Shown: positions 1 through 9,241, counted from the first letter of the stretch. The stretch: 64,000 nucleotides of DNA from Acetobacteraceae bacterium (GCA_035509315.1 DATJLS010000060.1:15118-79117), one strand, 5' to 3'. Notes: generated by a model not told the origin, from the letters alone. Numbers and translations are program-made.

Positions 1-369
1 CTCTTCGCGGCCGGTACGCGGATCGTGCAGGTCAATGTCTGGCGCCCGATCCGCGGCCCGGTGCAGCGCTCGCCACTCGGGCTCGCCGATGCCGCCAGCG
101 TCCGCCCTGCGGACCTCATCGCGACCGACCAGATTTTTCCCGACCGGGTCGGCGAAATCTATCATCTCGCCTACAATCCGACGCAGCTCTGGTATTACGC
201 GCCGGAAATGACCCGCGACGAGGTGCTGCTGATCAAGGGCTGGGACAGCCTCGCCGATGGCCGCGCGCGCTTCACCCCGCACGGCGCCTTCGAGCTGTCG
301 GATACGCCCGAAACCGCCGCGCCGCGCGAGAGCATCGAGGTGCGCACGCTGGCAGTGATCGGGAACTAG
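1..369 (+). CDS. CmcJ/NvfI-family oxidoreductase-like protein, C-terminal part (5' end outside window)
   Basis: Frame is open from base 1 to TAG 367-369. Motifs NVWRPIRGPV, YNPxQxWYYxPxMxxDEVLLIKGWDS and RESIEVR match my memory of CmcJ-like proteins; not searched. Confidence 0.5.
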   Translation, partial: LFAAGTRIVQVNVWRPIRGPVQRSPLGLADAASVRPADLIATDQIFPDRVGEIYHLAYNPTQLWYYAPEMTRDEVLLIKGWDSLADGRARFTPHGAFELSDTPETAAPRESIEVRTLAVIGN

Positions 370-425
370 ATCCATATGGCTTCTGGTGGATCGCGAAGCG
401 AGCTGTCAAAGCCATGAAATAGATC
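369..425. repeat. Repeat family 3, short copy
   Basis: Ends gatccatatggctt / aagccatgaaatagatc are imperfect inverted repeats. Related copies at 8604-8708 and 53430-53525. Confidence 0.55.
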
Positions 426-567
426 GAGAAAATAAGCCTGGAGCGTGGTAATCTGAACTTGTCGCGTTCTTTAGTCGCGCTCTTTTAGAAGAAGCGCCCT
501 GACGCGCGTCCTTGGCCCGGTCCGCTTCCGGCCATAGCATCGGCCGAAATCAGGGAAGGGAGCGGGC

Positions 568-1677
568 ATGCGTTCCGGGCTGTTCATGATGCCGCTGCAT
601 CCGCCGCACCGGCCGCTTGCCGAGACGGTGGGCGAGGACGCCGACAAGATCGTGCTCGCCGAGCAGCTTGGCATGGACGAGGCTTGGGTCGGCGAGCATT
701 TCTCCGCCGGCTCCGAGCCGCTTGCCTCGCCGCTGATGTTCCTCGCCTCGCTCCTGCCGCGCACACGGCGCATCCGTTTCGGTACCGGCGTGATCGGACT
801 CGGCTATCACCATCCGGCGATGGTCGCGGCCGAAGTCGCCCAGTTCGATCATATGAGCCGTGGCCGGCTGATGTTCGGCATCGGTGCCGGCGGGCTCGCG
901 AGCGACGGCGAGCTCTTCGGCCATACGGACCTGAGGCTGCGCGGCGAGCGGATGCGCGAGGCAATCGACATGATCCTCGCCCTCTGGTCCGGCGATCCGC
1001 CTTACAGGCTGGAAGGGAAACACTGGCAGATCCGCCTCGAGAACGCGGTCATGCCCGAATATGGCGTGGGCTTCATCCAGAAACCCTACCAGAAGCCGCA
1101 TCCGCCGATTGCGCTCTCGGTGGTGGGCGCGAATTCCGTGGCGATGAAGGTGGCCGCACTCCGCCGCTGGATCGCCGTCAGCGCCAATTTCATCCCGACC
1201 TGGAGCCTGCAGACTCACTGGCCGACTTATCTCGAAGGCTGCGCCGAGGCGGGTTTTGCGCCGGACCCGGATGCCTGGCGCGTCGCGCGCAACGTGATCG
1301 TCGCGGATTCGGACGCGGAAGCGCGGGACTACGCCTTCGATCCCGAGGGCCCGAGCTGGCACTATTTCGATTATCTCTGGCAGCTCCTGCATCGCAGGGG
1401 CCTCGGCGCCGGAATGAAGCCCGATCCCTCGGTGCCGGACGATGCGGTGACACCCGCCATGCTGATTGCGGAAATGGTCATCCATGGCAGCCCGAAGACG
1501 GTCACGGAGAAGCTCTTGGCGCTCCGTCAGCGCATCGGCCCGTTCAACACGCTGCTGCTCGCCTCGCTCGACGGGTCGGGCCTCAACGCCGCCCGCGAGC
1601 GCCGCTCCCTCACCTTGATGGCGGAGGCGGTGCTGCCGGGCCTTCGCGCCGCGATCGGCGAAGCCGAAGCCGCATGA
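568..1677 (+). CDS. LLM-class (luciferase-like) flavin-dependent oxidoreductase
   Basis: ATG 568 follows GGGAAGGGAG. N-terminus FMMPLHPP...LAEQLGMDEAWVGEHF and 369-aa length fit luciferase-like monooxygenases. Confidence 0.8.
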   Translation: MRSGLFMMPLHPPHRPLAETVGEDADKIVLAEQLGMDEAWVGEHFSAGSEPLASPLMFLASLLPRTRRIRFGTGVIGLGYHHPAMVAAEVAQFDHMSRGRLMFGIGAGGLASDGELFGHTDLRLRGERMREAIDMILALWSGDPPYRLEGKHWQIRLENAVMPEYGVGFIQKPYQKPHPPIALSVVGANSVAMKVAALRRWIAVSANFIPTWSLQTHWPTYLEGCAEAGFAPDPDAWRVARNVIVADSDAEARDYAFDPEGPSWHYFDYLWQLLHRRGLGAGMKPDPSVPDDAVTPAMLIAEMVIHGSPKTVTEKLLALRQRIGPFNTLLLASLDGSGLNAARERRSLTLMAEAVLPGLRAAIGEAEAA

Positions 1678-1686
1678 ATTCAGCCC

Positions 1687-2352
1687 TCAAATCTGGACCA
1701 CCTCGTTGAGCGTCCAGCTCTGGTTCGGCGGGTTCTCGCCGATCCGCACCGTTTTGTCGTTGACGAAATTGTAGGGCGGAACCGGAAGATTGTAGGGCGC
1801 GGGCACGAATTTCCATACGCGCCCGGCAAGGTCGTATTTCGAGCCATGGCAGGGGCAGAGATAGCCGCCCGGCCAGTCCGCCACCGGCGTTGTTTGGCTC
1901 GGATTGGGCCAATAGCCCGGCAGGCAGCCGAGATGGGTGCAGATGCCAACCAGAACCGCATATTCCGGCTTGACCGAGCGGTGCCAGTTCTCCGCATAGG
2001 GCGGCTGCTGGTCGACCTTCGAGTTCGGGTCGCTGAGCCGGTCGATCATTGTCTTGTCCTGCAGCGTCTTGAGTGCTGCCGGCGTGCGGTTGACGATGAG
2101 GACGGGCTTCTCGCGCCACAGAACCACGATCTGCTGCCCGGGCTGGACATGGCTGAGATCCACATCGACCGGCGAGCCGGCCGCGATGGTATCGGCCGCC
2201 GGGTCCATCGAATCGATGAAGGGCCAGGCGACGGCACAGGCGCCGATGGCGGCGGTGGCAAGCGTGACGAGCGTGAGGAAGTCCCGGCGCGGCGGGCCTT
2301 CCGCCGCGTGGCCGCCGACGCCATTCGCCGTCGTTGCTTCCGATGCCGCCAT
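1687..2352 (-). CDS. Rieske iron-sulfur subunit of cytochrome bc1 type (PetA-like), orphan copy
   Basis: RRDFL Tat-type anchor and Rieske boxes CTHLGC and CPCHGSKYD. SD GAGGGA lies before ATG 2350-2352. No petB/petC downstream (convergent LLM gene instead). Confidence 0.85.
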   Translation of the reverse strand: MAASEATTANGVGGHAAEGPPRRDFLTLVTLATAAIGACAVAWPFIDSMDPAADTIAAGSPVDVDLSHVQPGQQIVVLWREKPVLIVNRTPAALKTLQDKTMIDRLSDPNSKVDQQPPYAENWHRSVKPEYAVLVGICTHLGCLPGYWPNPSQTTPVADWPGGYLCPCHGSKYDLAGRVWKFVPAPYNLPVPPYNFVNDKTVRIGENPPNQSWTLNEVVQI

Positions 2353-2484
2353 CGTTTCGTCCCTCTACGATTGAAGGCCCTCGGGCGCATTTCCCCCGGG
2401 GCTCGTTTCCCCGTTATCTAGCGCCCCCGCACGGGCCACACCATCCCCGGAACGCCTCCCGGATGCCCCGGGAACTTGGTCCCG

Positions 2485-2985
2485 TCATTCCAGCACGCGC
2501 TCGAGGCTCACCCACGTTTCCTCCGTGAATCCTTCATGGCAGTGCCTTGTCGTCTCGCGGAACCCGCAGGACGCGAAGAGGCGCCGATTGTCGGTGAGTG
2601 CGAGTCGCGTGCCGAGCTCCACCCGTCTGAGCCCGTGCCGCCGTGCCTCCACCCCGCCGGCCTCGACCAGCGCACGCCCGATCCCGCGCCGGCGCCAGGA
2701 AGGCGAGACCGCCAGCCGCCCGAGATGGAAACTCTCCCCGCGCACGTCCCAGAGAACGGCGCCGACGATCCGTCCCTCCGCTTCGGCGACCGCGCCTCCG
2801 CCCTCGGCAAGCCGGCGCGCCACGCTCTCCGCCGTCTCGCCCAGCGCCGAAGGTGGGGGGATAACGGCAAGCCCCGCAAAGGCGGAGCGGATCAGCACGG
2901 CGATCGCCGATGCGTCCTCGGTTTGCGCTGGCCGCAATCGAAAATCATGCAAGATCGATGGCTTCCCGCGTCTTTCTCGATTCAA
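2485..2985 (-). CDS. GNAT family N-acetyltransferase
   Basis: FRLRPAQTEDASAIAVLI start and acetyl-CoA pocket WRRRGIGRALV. Track start is TTG 2985; alternative TTG at 2952. Confidence 0.8.
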   Translation of the reverse strand: MNRERRGKPSILHDFRLRPAQTEDASAIAVLIRSAFAGLAVIPPPSALGETAESVARRLAEGGGAVAEAEGRIVGAVLWDVRGESFHLGRLAVSPSWRRRGIGRALVEAGGVEARRHGLRRVELGTRLALTDNRRLFASCGFRETTRHCHEGFTEETWVSLERVLE

Positions 2986-2994
2986 ATCTCAAGT

Positions 2995-3408
2995 TCAAAC
3001 CTCGAGCACGACATAATCGGCTTCCACCGTCACCGGGAAGGTCTCGGCCTGATAGGGCCCCTTTACCAGCGCCTCCCCCGGCTCGACCGAGACCGGATAG
3101 GTCCGCACGCGTAGGCGCCGCGGCTCGCACCAGGACTGTCCGGTCCTGATGTCGAACTCCCAGCCATGCCAGGGGCAGCGCAGCATCTCGCCCGGCCGCG
3201 TATAACGATAGACACCCGGCTCTTCCGAAAGCACGAGCCCCACCCGTTCGCCGAGGCAGAGGCTGCCGCCCTGGTGCGGGCAGCGGTTGAGAAGGGCGTA
3301 GAACGCCCCCCCGACATTGAAGACCCCGATCGATCGTCCCCCGACCGCGACGAGCTTGCGTCCGCCCGGCGGAATCTCCCCCACCGAGGCGACGACATGA
3401 CGCGTCAT
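2995..3408 (-). CDS. Small Rieske (2Fe-2S) domain protein
   Basis: Ligand boxes CPHQGG and CPWHGWEF. ATG 3406-3408 overlaps the upstream stop (ATGA). The 370-aa track ORF is an over-extension. Confidence 0.85.
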   Translation of the reverse strand: MTRHVVASVGEIPPGGRKLVAVGGRSIGVFNVGGAFYALLNRCPHQGGSLCLGERVGLVLSEEPGVYRYTRPGEMLRCPWHGWEFDIRTGQSWCEPRRLRVRTYPVSVEPGEALVKGPYQAETFPVTVEADYVVLEV

Positions 3409-4508
3409 GCGAGCCTGTAGGCCGCGCTTGCATTGCCGCGGAACACGGCGCGCGTCTCCGCTTCGTCGAGCGCGATTTTGAAGGCGAGCCGCGGATCGTC
3501 CATGTCCCAGTGGGGATAGTCGCTTGCGAACACCAGCCGGTCCCACCCGATCCAGTCGATCAGCGCGCGCAGGTCGCGCCGCTCCGCCGGCTCCTCGATT
3601 GGCTGCGTGGCGAACCAGACCTGCCTCCGGATATAGTGGGAGGGCGGATGCTTCACATGCGGCACCTCGCTTCGCATCCGCGCCCAATGCTGGTCGAGCC
3701 GCCAGCCGAGCGACGGCGCCCAGCCGAACCCGCCTTCGATCATCGCCACCTTCAGGCCTGGGAACGCCTCGAACACACCTTCGAGCACCAGGCTCGTGAG
3801 CAGCGGCTGCATGGCGAGCGCATCGCCGAAATGGTCCTCGAAATAGAAGGAGGGCCAGCCCGACGGGGTTTTCGCGATCCCGTTGCTGCCGCCGGTATGG
3901 ATGCCGATCGGCAGGCCCTGCCGCTCGGCCTCGGCGAAGATCGGCCAATAGCGCTTGCGCCCGAGCGGCTCGGTGGTGCGGGCGGAGATGAAGACGGAGA
4001 CGAAATCCCTTTGCCCCGCGCAACGCGCGATCTCCGCAACCGACGCCTCGGCGTCCTCGGCGGGGATGATGATCGAGGCCTTGAGCCGCGGCTCGGGCGC
4101 CGTCCATTCCGCCACCTGCCAGTCATTGAGCGCGGCGCAGAGCGCGGCCCCGAACGCCGGGTTGCGTTGGTCCTTCCCGCTTGGGATCAGCACCTGCAGG
4201 ATGCCCGTCTCGATGCCATACGGATCGAGATATTGGGCGCGCATGAAATCGAGGTCGGAGCCGGGCGGCCCGCCCGAAGGCGGCCAGGAATCGCGGCGCG
4301 AGAGCGCCGGCGTCGCCTTGGGCACCGCATAGCTCGCGACGAACGGGTTTCGCGTGCGCAGCCCATTCGTCGTGAGTTCCTCGCGCCAGCGCTGCGAGAG
4401 ATAGGGCAGCAGCGCCGTCTCCGAGCGCAGCATCGGGTGGATGTCGCAATCGACGATGCCGAGCCGCGTTTCGCTCTCCCGCGCACGCTCCAGCACTTGC
4501 TCGCTCAT
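3405..4508 (-). CDS. Amidohydrolase-2 family protein (ACMSD-like metal-dependent hydrolase/decarboxylase)
   Basis: VDCDIHP near the N-terminus and ASDYPHWD near the C-terminus. ATG 4506-4508 overlaps the stop of the upstream paralogue (ATGA). Confidence 0.8.
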   Translation of the reverse strand: MSEQVLERARESETRLGIVDCDIHPMLRSETALLPYLSQRWREELTTNGLRTRNPFVASYAVPKATPALSRRDSWPPSGGPPGSDLDFMRAQYLDPYGIETGILQVLIPSGKDQRNPAFGAALCAALNDWQVAEWTAPEPRLKASIIIPAEDAEASVAEIARCAGQRDFVSVFISARTTEPLGRKRYWPIFAEAERQGLPIGIHTGGSNGIAKTPSGWPSFYFEDHFGDALAMQPLLTSLVLEGVFEAFPGLKVAMIEGGFGWAPSLGWRLDQHWARMRSEVPHVKHPPSHYIRRQVWFATQPIEEPAERRDLRALIDWIGWDRLVFASDYPHWDMDDPRLAFKIALDEAETRAVFRGNASAAYRLA

Positions 4509-5671
4509 GGCGCAAAACCCTCGATCGGAATGGCCGGCGCGCGTGGCGGCACGGCGGGATGTCTGAGCCGGGGAAAGGTCTCCAGCGGGGTCTCGACGGC
4601 GATGCGGGGAAGAAGCCGTGCCGGCAGGCCGGCCGGCAGCACCGCCCCGCCGTCCCACTGCCAATGCGGGAAATCGGTCGAGAAAAGCAGCAGTCTCTCC
4701 GCCCCGATCTGCTCCATCACCCGCGCGAGATCCTCCGGCGCGGGCGGCGCGTCCGTGGGCTGCAATGTCACCCGCACATGCTCGCGCACGATCTCGGCCG
4801 GCGAGCGATCGACCCACGGCACCTCCGAGCGCAGCGCCCGCCATTCCTTGGTGGCGCGCCAGAGGAAGGCAGGCAGCCAGGTGAAGCCCGATTCGATCAG
4901 CACCACCCGCAAATCCGGAAACTTGGTGAAGACCCCTTCACCGATCAGGCTCAGGAGCTGGTGCTGAAAGATCACCGCCTGATCGACATAATCCTCGACC
5001 AGGTAGCTCGGCCAGCCGACATTGGTGATCGGGTTGTGGAAGTCGCTGCCCGCATGGATGCCGATCGGCAGGCGAAGCCGCGCCGCCGCGGCGTAGATCG
5101 GCCAGTGCGCGCGCCGGCCGAGCGGCATTTCGCCCCCGGCCAGCAGCAGCACGGCGACGAAGCGCGGATCGGCCGCGCAGCGCTCGATCTCGGCCACCGC
5201 GAGCTCCGCGCTGCGCGGGCTGACGAGGATCGAGGCGCGCAGAAGCGGCTCGCGGTCGAGCCATTCCGCCGCCACCCAGTCATTGACGGCGCGCGCGAGC
5301 GCCGCGCCCATATCCTCGCTGAACATCGCCGCCGCGCCGTGCAGACAATGGCAGATCGCGAGCCGCGTGTTCCAGGGCGCCAGCGCCTCCCGCCGCAGAA
5401 GATCGAGATCGCCGCCCGGCCTCCCGTCCGCTCCGCGCCACTCCGGCCGCGCCGAAAGCGCCGCGCCGGGCGGATAGCTCGCGAGCCCGAGCCCGTCGAT
5501 CCCGCGCGAGACCATCACCTCATGCCAGTGATCGTCGAGATAAGGGAGCAGCTCCGCCATCACCGGCGTGGGCGGATGAATATCGCAATCGATCGGCTTC
5601 AGCGCACGCAGCCTCGCGGCGCTTTCATCTGCCTGGTCCGAATCGTCCGCGTCTCGCTCCGGCGCGGTCAT
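4505..5671 (-). CDS. Amidohydrolase-2 family protein, paralogue of 3405-4508
   Basis: IDCDIHPP and STDFPHWQWD motifs. Start placed at ATG 5669-5671 (MTAPERD) inside the longer track ORF. Confidence 0.75.
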   Translation of the reverse strand: MTAPERDADDSDQADESAARLRALKPIDCDIHPPTPVMAELLPYLDDHWHEVMVSRGIDGLGLASYPPGAALSARPEWRGADGRPGGDLDLLRREALAPWNTRLAICHCLHGAAAMFSEDMGAALARAVNDWVAAEWLDREPLLRASILVSPRSAELAVAEIERCAADPRFVAVLLLAGGEMPLGRRAHWPIYAAAARLRLPIGIHAGSDFHNPITNVGWPSYLVEDYVDQAVIFQHQLLSLIGEGVFTKFPDLRVVLIESGFTWLPAFLWRATKEWRALRSEVPWVDRSPAEIVREHVRVTLQPTDAPPAPEDLARVMEQIGAERLLLFSTDFPHWQWDGGAVLPAGLPARLLPRIAVETPLETFPRLRHPAVPPRAPAIPIEGFAP

Positions 5672-6478
5672 GGCCGACTGTTTCCCCCAACCGCCCTTTG
5701 CGGGGCGTGAGAAGGAAGGGTGCCCGAGAGTGGGAACGGAGGCAATGGCTGAGGCGCCGGACACCCGGAACCGATTCTTCGGCCGGCTTTATCCCTGGGC
5801 GGGATTCCTCGACGGGATCCGCCGATAGGCCCGAAGCGTCCGGGCGCTCGCCGCCATTTCGGCTCTCCGGTCGCGCTCCGCGCCATTGATTACATTCGGG
5901 GTTGGTGACTGTCTGGGTTGGTGACTGTGCGCACGACCTGAATGTTGCTTCCGCAACATCGATCCCGCACCCTTTCGTCCTGATTCGCGACCGCAAGGCG
6001 CCGGCGAGCGGGCCTTCCGCCTTCTTTCTCCTCTCTTGCTCTTCTCTCGCGAACCGGCACGGATGGCTCCATGCTCCTCCCTTCGAGTATGTTTGCTGCA
6101 ATGAACCCGGGACGATCGCCGCAAGCGTTGCGGCTAGGTGCGCGGCAGGCTCCGCAGCGCCGGCGTCGCGTCTTCACCACCAGCCTGCAGCCGGGACCTG
6201 GAATCCTGCAATGTCCTGGATCGGTTTGGGACTCTATTCTTTTCGCCGAGGCGGCTCAGCTGTTCAAGGCCAGCTCTTGTCGGGATCAATTCGGATGGCG
6301 TTCAGAATGTGCTCGAAGCAAGCGACATTTTGCACGGATGGGTGCTCGCGCCCGGCAATTTCTGCCTCTCCGACAATCCGTTCTTCCTCCTCGCGTGCCG
6401 ATTATTCGCGTGGACGATGCTCGCAATCTATTTCGAGCCGTCTCTGATCTATCTCGTTCTTCTTCGGTGGCGATCACC

Positions 6479-7039
6479 ATGGCCCGGTGCGATGCGACCG
6501 ACACGAGGGCAGGGACAATCGGGCTCGCGGCGTTTGTATTCTTTCTCGGCGCATCAAGTCTCGCCTCGATGGGCGCGGTCGTCTTCGTCGGGGCGCGGCA
6601 TATTGCCGTTCTCACCTTCTGCCTTGTCGCGTGGTTTGCGCTTGGAATGGCGCAGCGGGCCGACACGCGTCGCAGGATGCTGAGATCGGCAGGACTGTAC
6701 ACTGTTTGCGCTCTAATCGTGCCGCTGAGCAACCCGCTGGGAATCTCGGTGTTCCTCTCGCCCACGCTCGCCGGATTGTTCTTCGTCCTCCTGGCGCCGC
6801 AGAGACGCCTCATTCACGCAGGGTCATCGGGCCCCACCCTTGTCGCCTTGGTTGGCGCTCATCTCGGGCTTGGCCTGATCACTGCGTTGGGTGACTTCAT
6901 CACTGTCCATAACCTCCGTTTTCAGTTCGTCAGCGCGGCGGATTTCGGTCGCAGTGTCGTGGGTCCTCTGTTCGGCCTGATCCTTCCCCCGGATCAGGGC
7001 CAGGGGAAACTGGAAATCTTCGGGTTAGGGTCGCGATGA
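6479..7039 (+). CDS. Hypothetical multi-pass membrane protein
   Basis: Several hydrophobic helices (GLAAFVFFLGASSLASMGAVVFV, IAVLTFCLVAWFALGM, GLFFVLLAP, LVALVGAHLGLGLITAL). Lower GC than flanks. ATG 6479 chosen inside a longer ORF. No family recognised. Confidence 0.4.
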   Translation: MARCDATDTRAGTIGLAAFVFFLGASSLASMGAVVFVGARHIAVLTFCLVAWFALGMAQRADTRRRMLRSAGLYTVCALIVPLSNPLGISVFLSPTLAGLFFVLLAPQRRLIHAGSSGPTLVALVGAHLGLGLITALGDFITVHNLRFQFVSAADFGRSVVGPLFGLILPPDQGQGKLEIFGLGSR

Positions 7040-7136
7040 GCGCCAGCGGGAAAGAGAGCTTCGCCGCCCGCTCGGGGAGACCTCTCTCTCTGACAGCCGG
7101 CGGCAAGGGAGCTTCGCCACGCTTCCGGAACGGATT

Positions 7137-8216
7137 ATGAATTTCCCCGCTCCAGTCCACCCCCCTGTGCCGCCTTCTGCTTTTCAGTCACGGGAATCTG
7201 GCGCAAGAAGTGCGTTGATGCCGTTCCGTGTTGCCGTATTGATCCCCTGCTATAACGAGGCCGTCACGATCGGGAAGGTCGTGGCGGATTTCCGCGCCGC
7301 CCTGCCGGAGGCGGCGATTTATGTCTTCGACAACAATTCCCGCGACGGCACGGCGGAAGCGGCGCTTCGTGCCGGTGCCCTGGTGCGGCGCGAGACCCTT
7401 CAGGGCAAGGGCCACGTCGTGCGCCGGATGTTCGCCGATATCGAGGCGGATGCCTATGTGTTGGTGGACGGTGACGGGACCTACGAAGCGGCCGCCTCGC
7501 CCCTTATGCTTCGTCTGCTGGTGGACGAGCGGCTCGACATGGTCACGGGTATGCGCACGGGTGAGGCGGCGGATTCTTTCCGTCGCGGGCATCGCCTGGG
7601 CAACCGGGTCCTGACCGGAATCGTTCGTCTTCTCTTCGGCCGTCGCACGAGCGACATGCTTTCCGGCTACCGTGCATTCTCCCGCCGATTCGTGAAATCC
7701 TTTCCGGCCCTGGTGGGCGGCTTCGAGACCGAGACCGAGTTCACTGTGCATGCCCTGGCACTGCAAATGCCGGTTGGCGAAGTAAAGACCGTCTATCGCG
7801 GGCGGCCCGCGGGATCGCAATCCAAGCTCAGCACCTGGTCCGACGGCGCCCGCATCCTCCGCACCATTCTGCTGCTCGTGAAAGAGGAAAAGCCATTCCT
7901 TCTCTTCTCGGCCATCGCCGCCCTGCTGTTCCTGGCCGGCCTCGCGTTCGGCATTCCCGTGGTGATCGAGTTCTGGGCAACAGGCCTGGTACGGCGCCTG
8001 CCAACCGCGGTGCTTGCTTCCGGGCTGATGGTGCTCGCGTTCCTCTCCTTCGCCTCAGGTGTCATTCTGGATTCGGTCGCCCGCGGCCGGCGCGAGTTCA
8101 AGCGTCTGGCTTACCTCGCCCATCCGGCCGTGACCGTCGACGGGCTGGCTGGCTTGCCGCCGCAGACATGCCGGCGCTCATCGTTTGGAAGCGGGAATGC
8201 ACCACCGCCGGAATAA
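7137..8216 (+). CDS. Glycosyltransferase family 2 protein with C-terminal membrane anchor
   Basis: VLIPCYNEAVTIGKVV, FDNNSRDGT and LVDGDGTY (GT-A fold, DxD), then two hydrophobic helices. Start may instead be ATG 7218 (MPFRV). Confidence 0.8.
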   Translation: MNFPAPVHPPVPPSAFQSRESGARSALMPFRVAVLIPCYNEAVTIGKVVADFRAALPEAAIYVFDNNSRDGTAEAALRAGALVRRETLQGKGHVVRRMFADIEADAYVLVDGDGTYEAAASPLMLRLLVDERLDMVTGMRTGEAADSFRRGHRLGNRVLTGIVRLLFGRRTSDMLSGYRAFSRRFVKSFPALVGGFETETEFTVHALALQMPVGEVKTVYRGRPAGSQSKLSTWSDGARILRTILLLVKEEKPFLLFSAIAALLFLAGLAFGIPVVIEFWATGLVRRLPTAVLASGLMVLAFLSFASGVILDSVARGRREFKRLAYLAHPAVTVDGLAGLPPQTCRRSSFGSGNAPPPE

Positions 8217-8264
8217 CCGCTTGAACGCGCGCGGAGGCTTTTTGGATTTGTTTGACGAGTATCT

Positions 8265-8495
8265 TCACGCCATCAGCCGATTGCGGCCAATCGTGCGGAT
8301 AGTTTTCTTAAGGAAATGAAATCGCTTCCGATTATATCCAAAAATTTGCGATATTTGCATTTGGTTCTGGTAGTTTTCCGTATGTCGAATTTCTGGTGAC
8401 CGAAGATACTGCTCCAAATCATCTGAATTTAAATCCTCTCTTAATTCCTGGATGGCCTCAAAACGCCTTTCCCCAAGAATAGACGGATGCCTCAA
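8265..8495 (-). other. AT-rich orphan ORF tail without usable start, abutting a MITE (possible gene remnant)
   Basis: Open frame ...RFEAIQELREDLNSDDLEQYLRS...GRNRLMA in a visibly AT-rich patch. Its only upstream continuation runs into the MITE at 8499. No SD-linked start seen. Confidence 0.2.
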
Positions 8496-8498
8496 TAA

Positions 8499-8790
8499 GA
8501 GACTGTTTGAGAATGCGCTGTGGTGAGTGGGTTCGTTCCAAGTTGGGGGCGCCGCAGGCGCCGGCCGGCGCGGCTTTCGAGAACCGGAGCGGAGCGGCCT
8601 TGAGATCAATATGGCTTCTGGCGGAGGCGGGGCACCCCACGAACGTGTTCGTGGGGACCCCGAGCGCAGCGATCCGCCAAAGCCCAAGGGGAAGTCATGA
8701 AATTGATCGCCAAAACAAAAGGGCCGTGAGCACCGGAAGCGCAGAAAGACGCGTCGGACGACCACCGCAGTCGCATTCTCAAACAGTCTC
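8499..8790. mobile_element. MITE family 1, copy a (TIR GAGACTGTTTGAGAATGCG, TAA target duplication) carrying a nested family-3 element
   Basis: Perfect terminal inverted repeats gagactgtttgagaatgcg / cgcattctcaaacagtctc flanked by TAA on both sides. Interior matches the 24708-24871 copy except for an insert at about 8602-8720. Confidence 0.85.
8604..8708. repeat. Repeat family 3 copy nested inside MITE 1a
   Basis: gatcaatatggcttc...gaagtcatgaaattgatc inverted ends with internal palindrome ccccacgaacgtgttcgtgggg. Absent from the otherwise collinear MITE copy at 24708-24871. Confidence 0.75.
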
Positions 8791-9241
8791 TAAGCACGTC
8801 TTTGCGGGCCTGCCCGCGGCCTGGTGGATCATCGAATCCTGGCGGGCCAGCGACAACGCCCGCTGCCTGCACACCAGCCTGCGCGGGCTTGCCCCCAACG
8901 CGTTCGCTGCCCGGTCCTGGACGGATCGAAACCAGGACGGATTCTGGTTATGAACGAGGACAAGTCGGGGGCAAGGTCATGATGTTTCACGTGAAACATT
9001 AGCAAAATCAATGACTTGAAAATCAGCTCGAACTCGGGCAAGCTCATCCTCGTGCGCGGGGAAAGCGCGTCGAGTACGGCCGCCCCTTTGAGCTTGCGTG
9101 GCAGGTGGGCGGGTCGCCTCATGCGCCATCTCGATCTCCGGCGTACGCGCCCCGGTTGGCCTGGCCGTTCCGCTATGCCATCCTGGGCACCGCCCATTCT
9201 GCCCGGCCACTCCCGGCTCGGGGCGTCGTCGGGAGGGCCGC

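Noticed and set aside
8499-8790. Possibility that the recurring repeats form a CRISPR array
   Set aside because: The copies are kilobases apart, differ in length (99-292 bp), carry terminal inverted repeats with target duplications, and have no cas genes nearby. They behave as MITEs.
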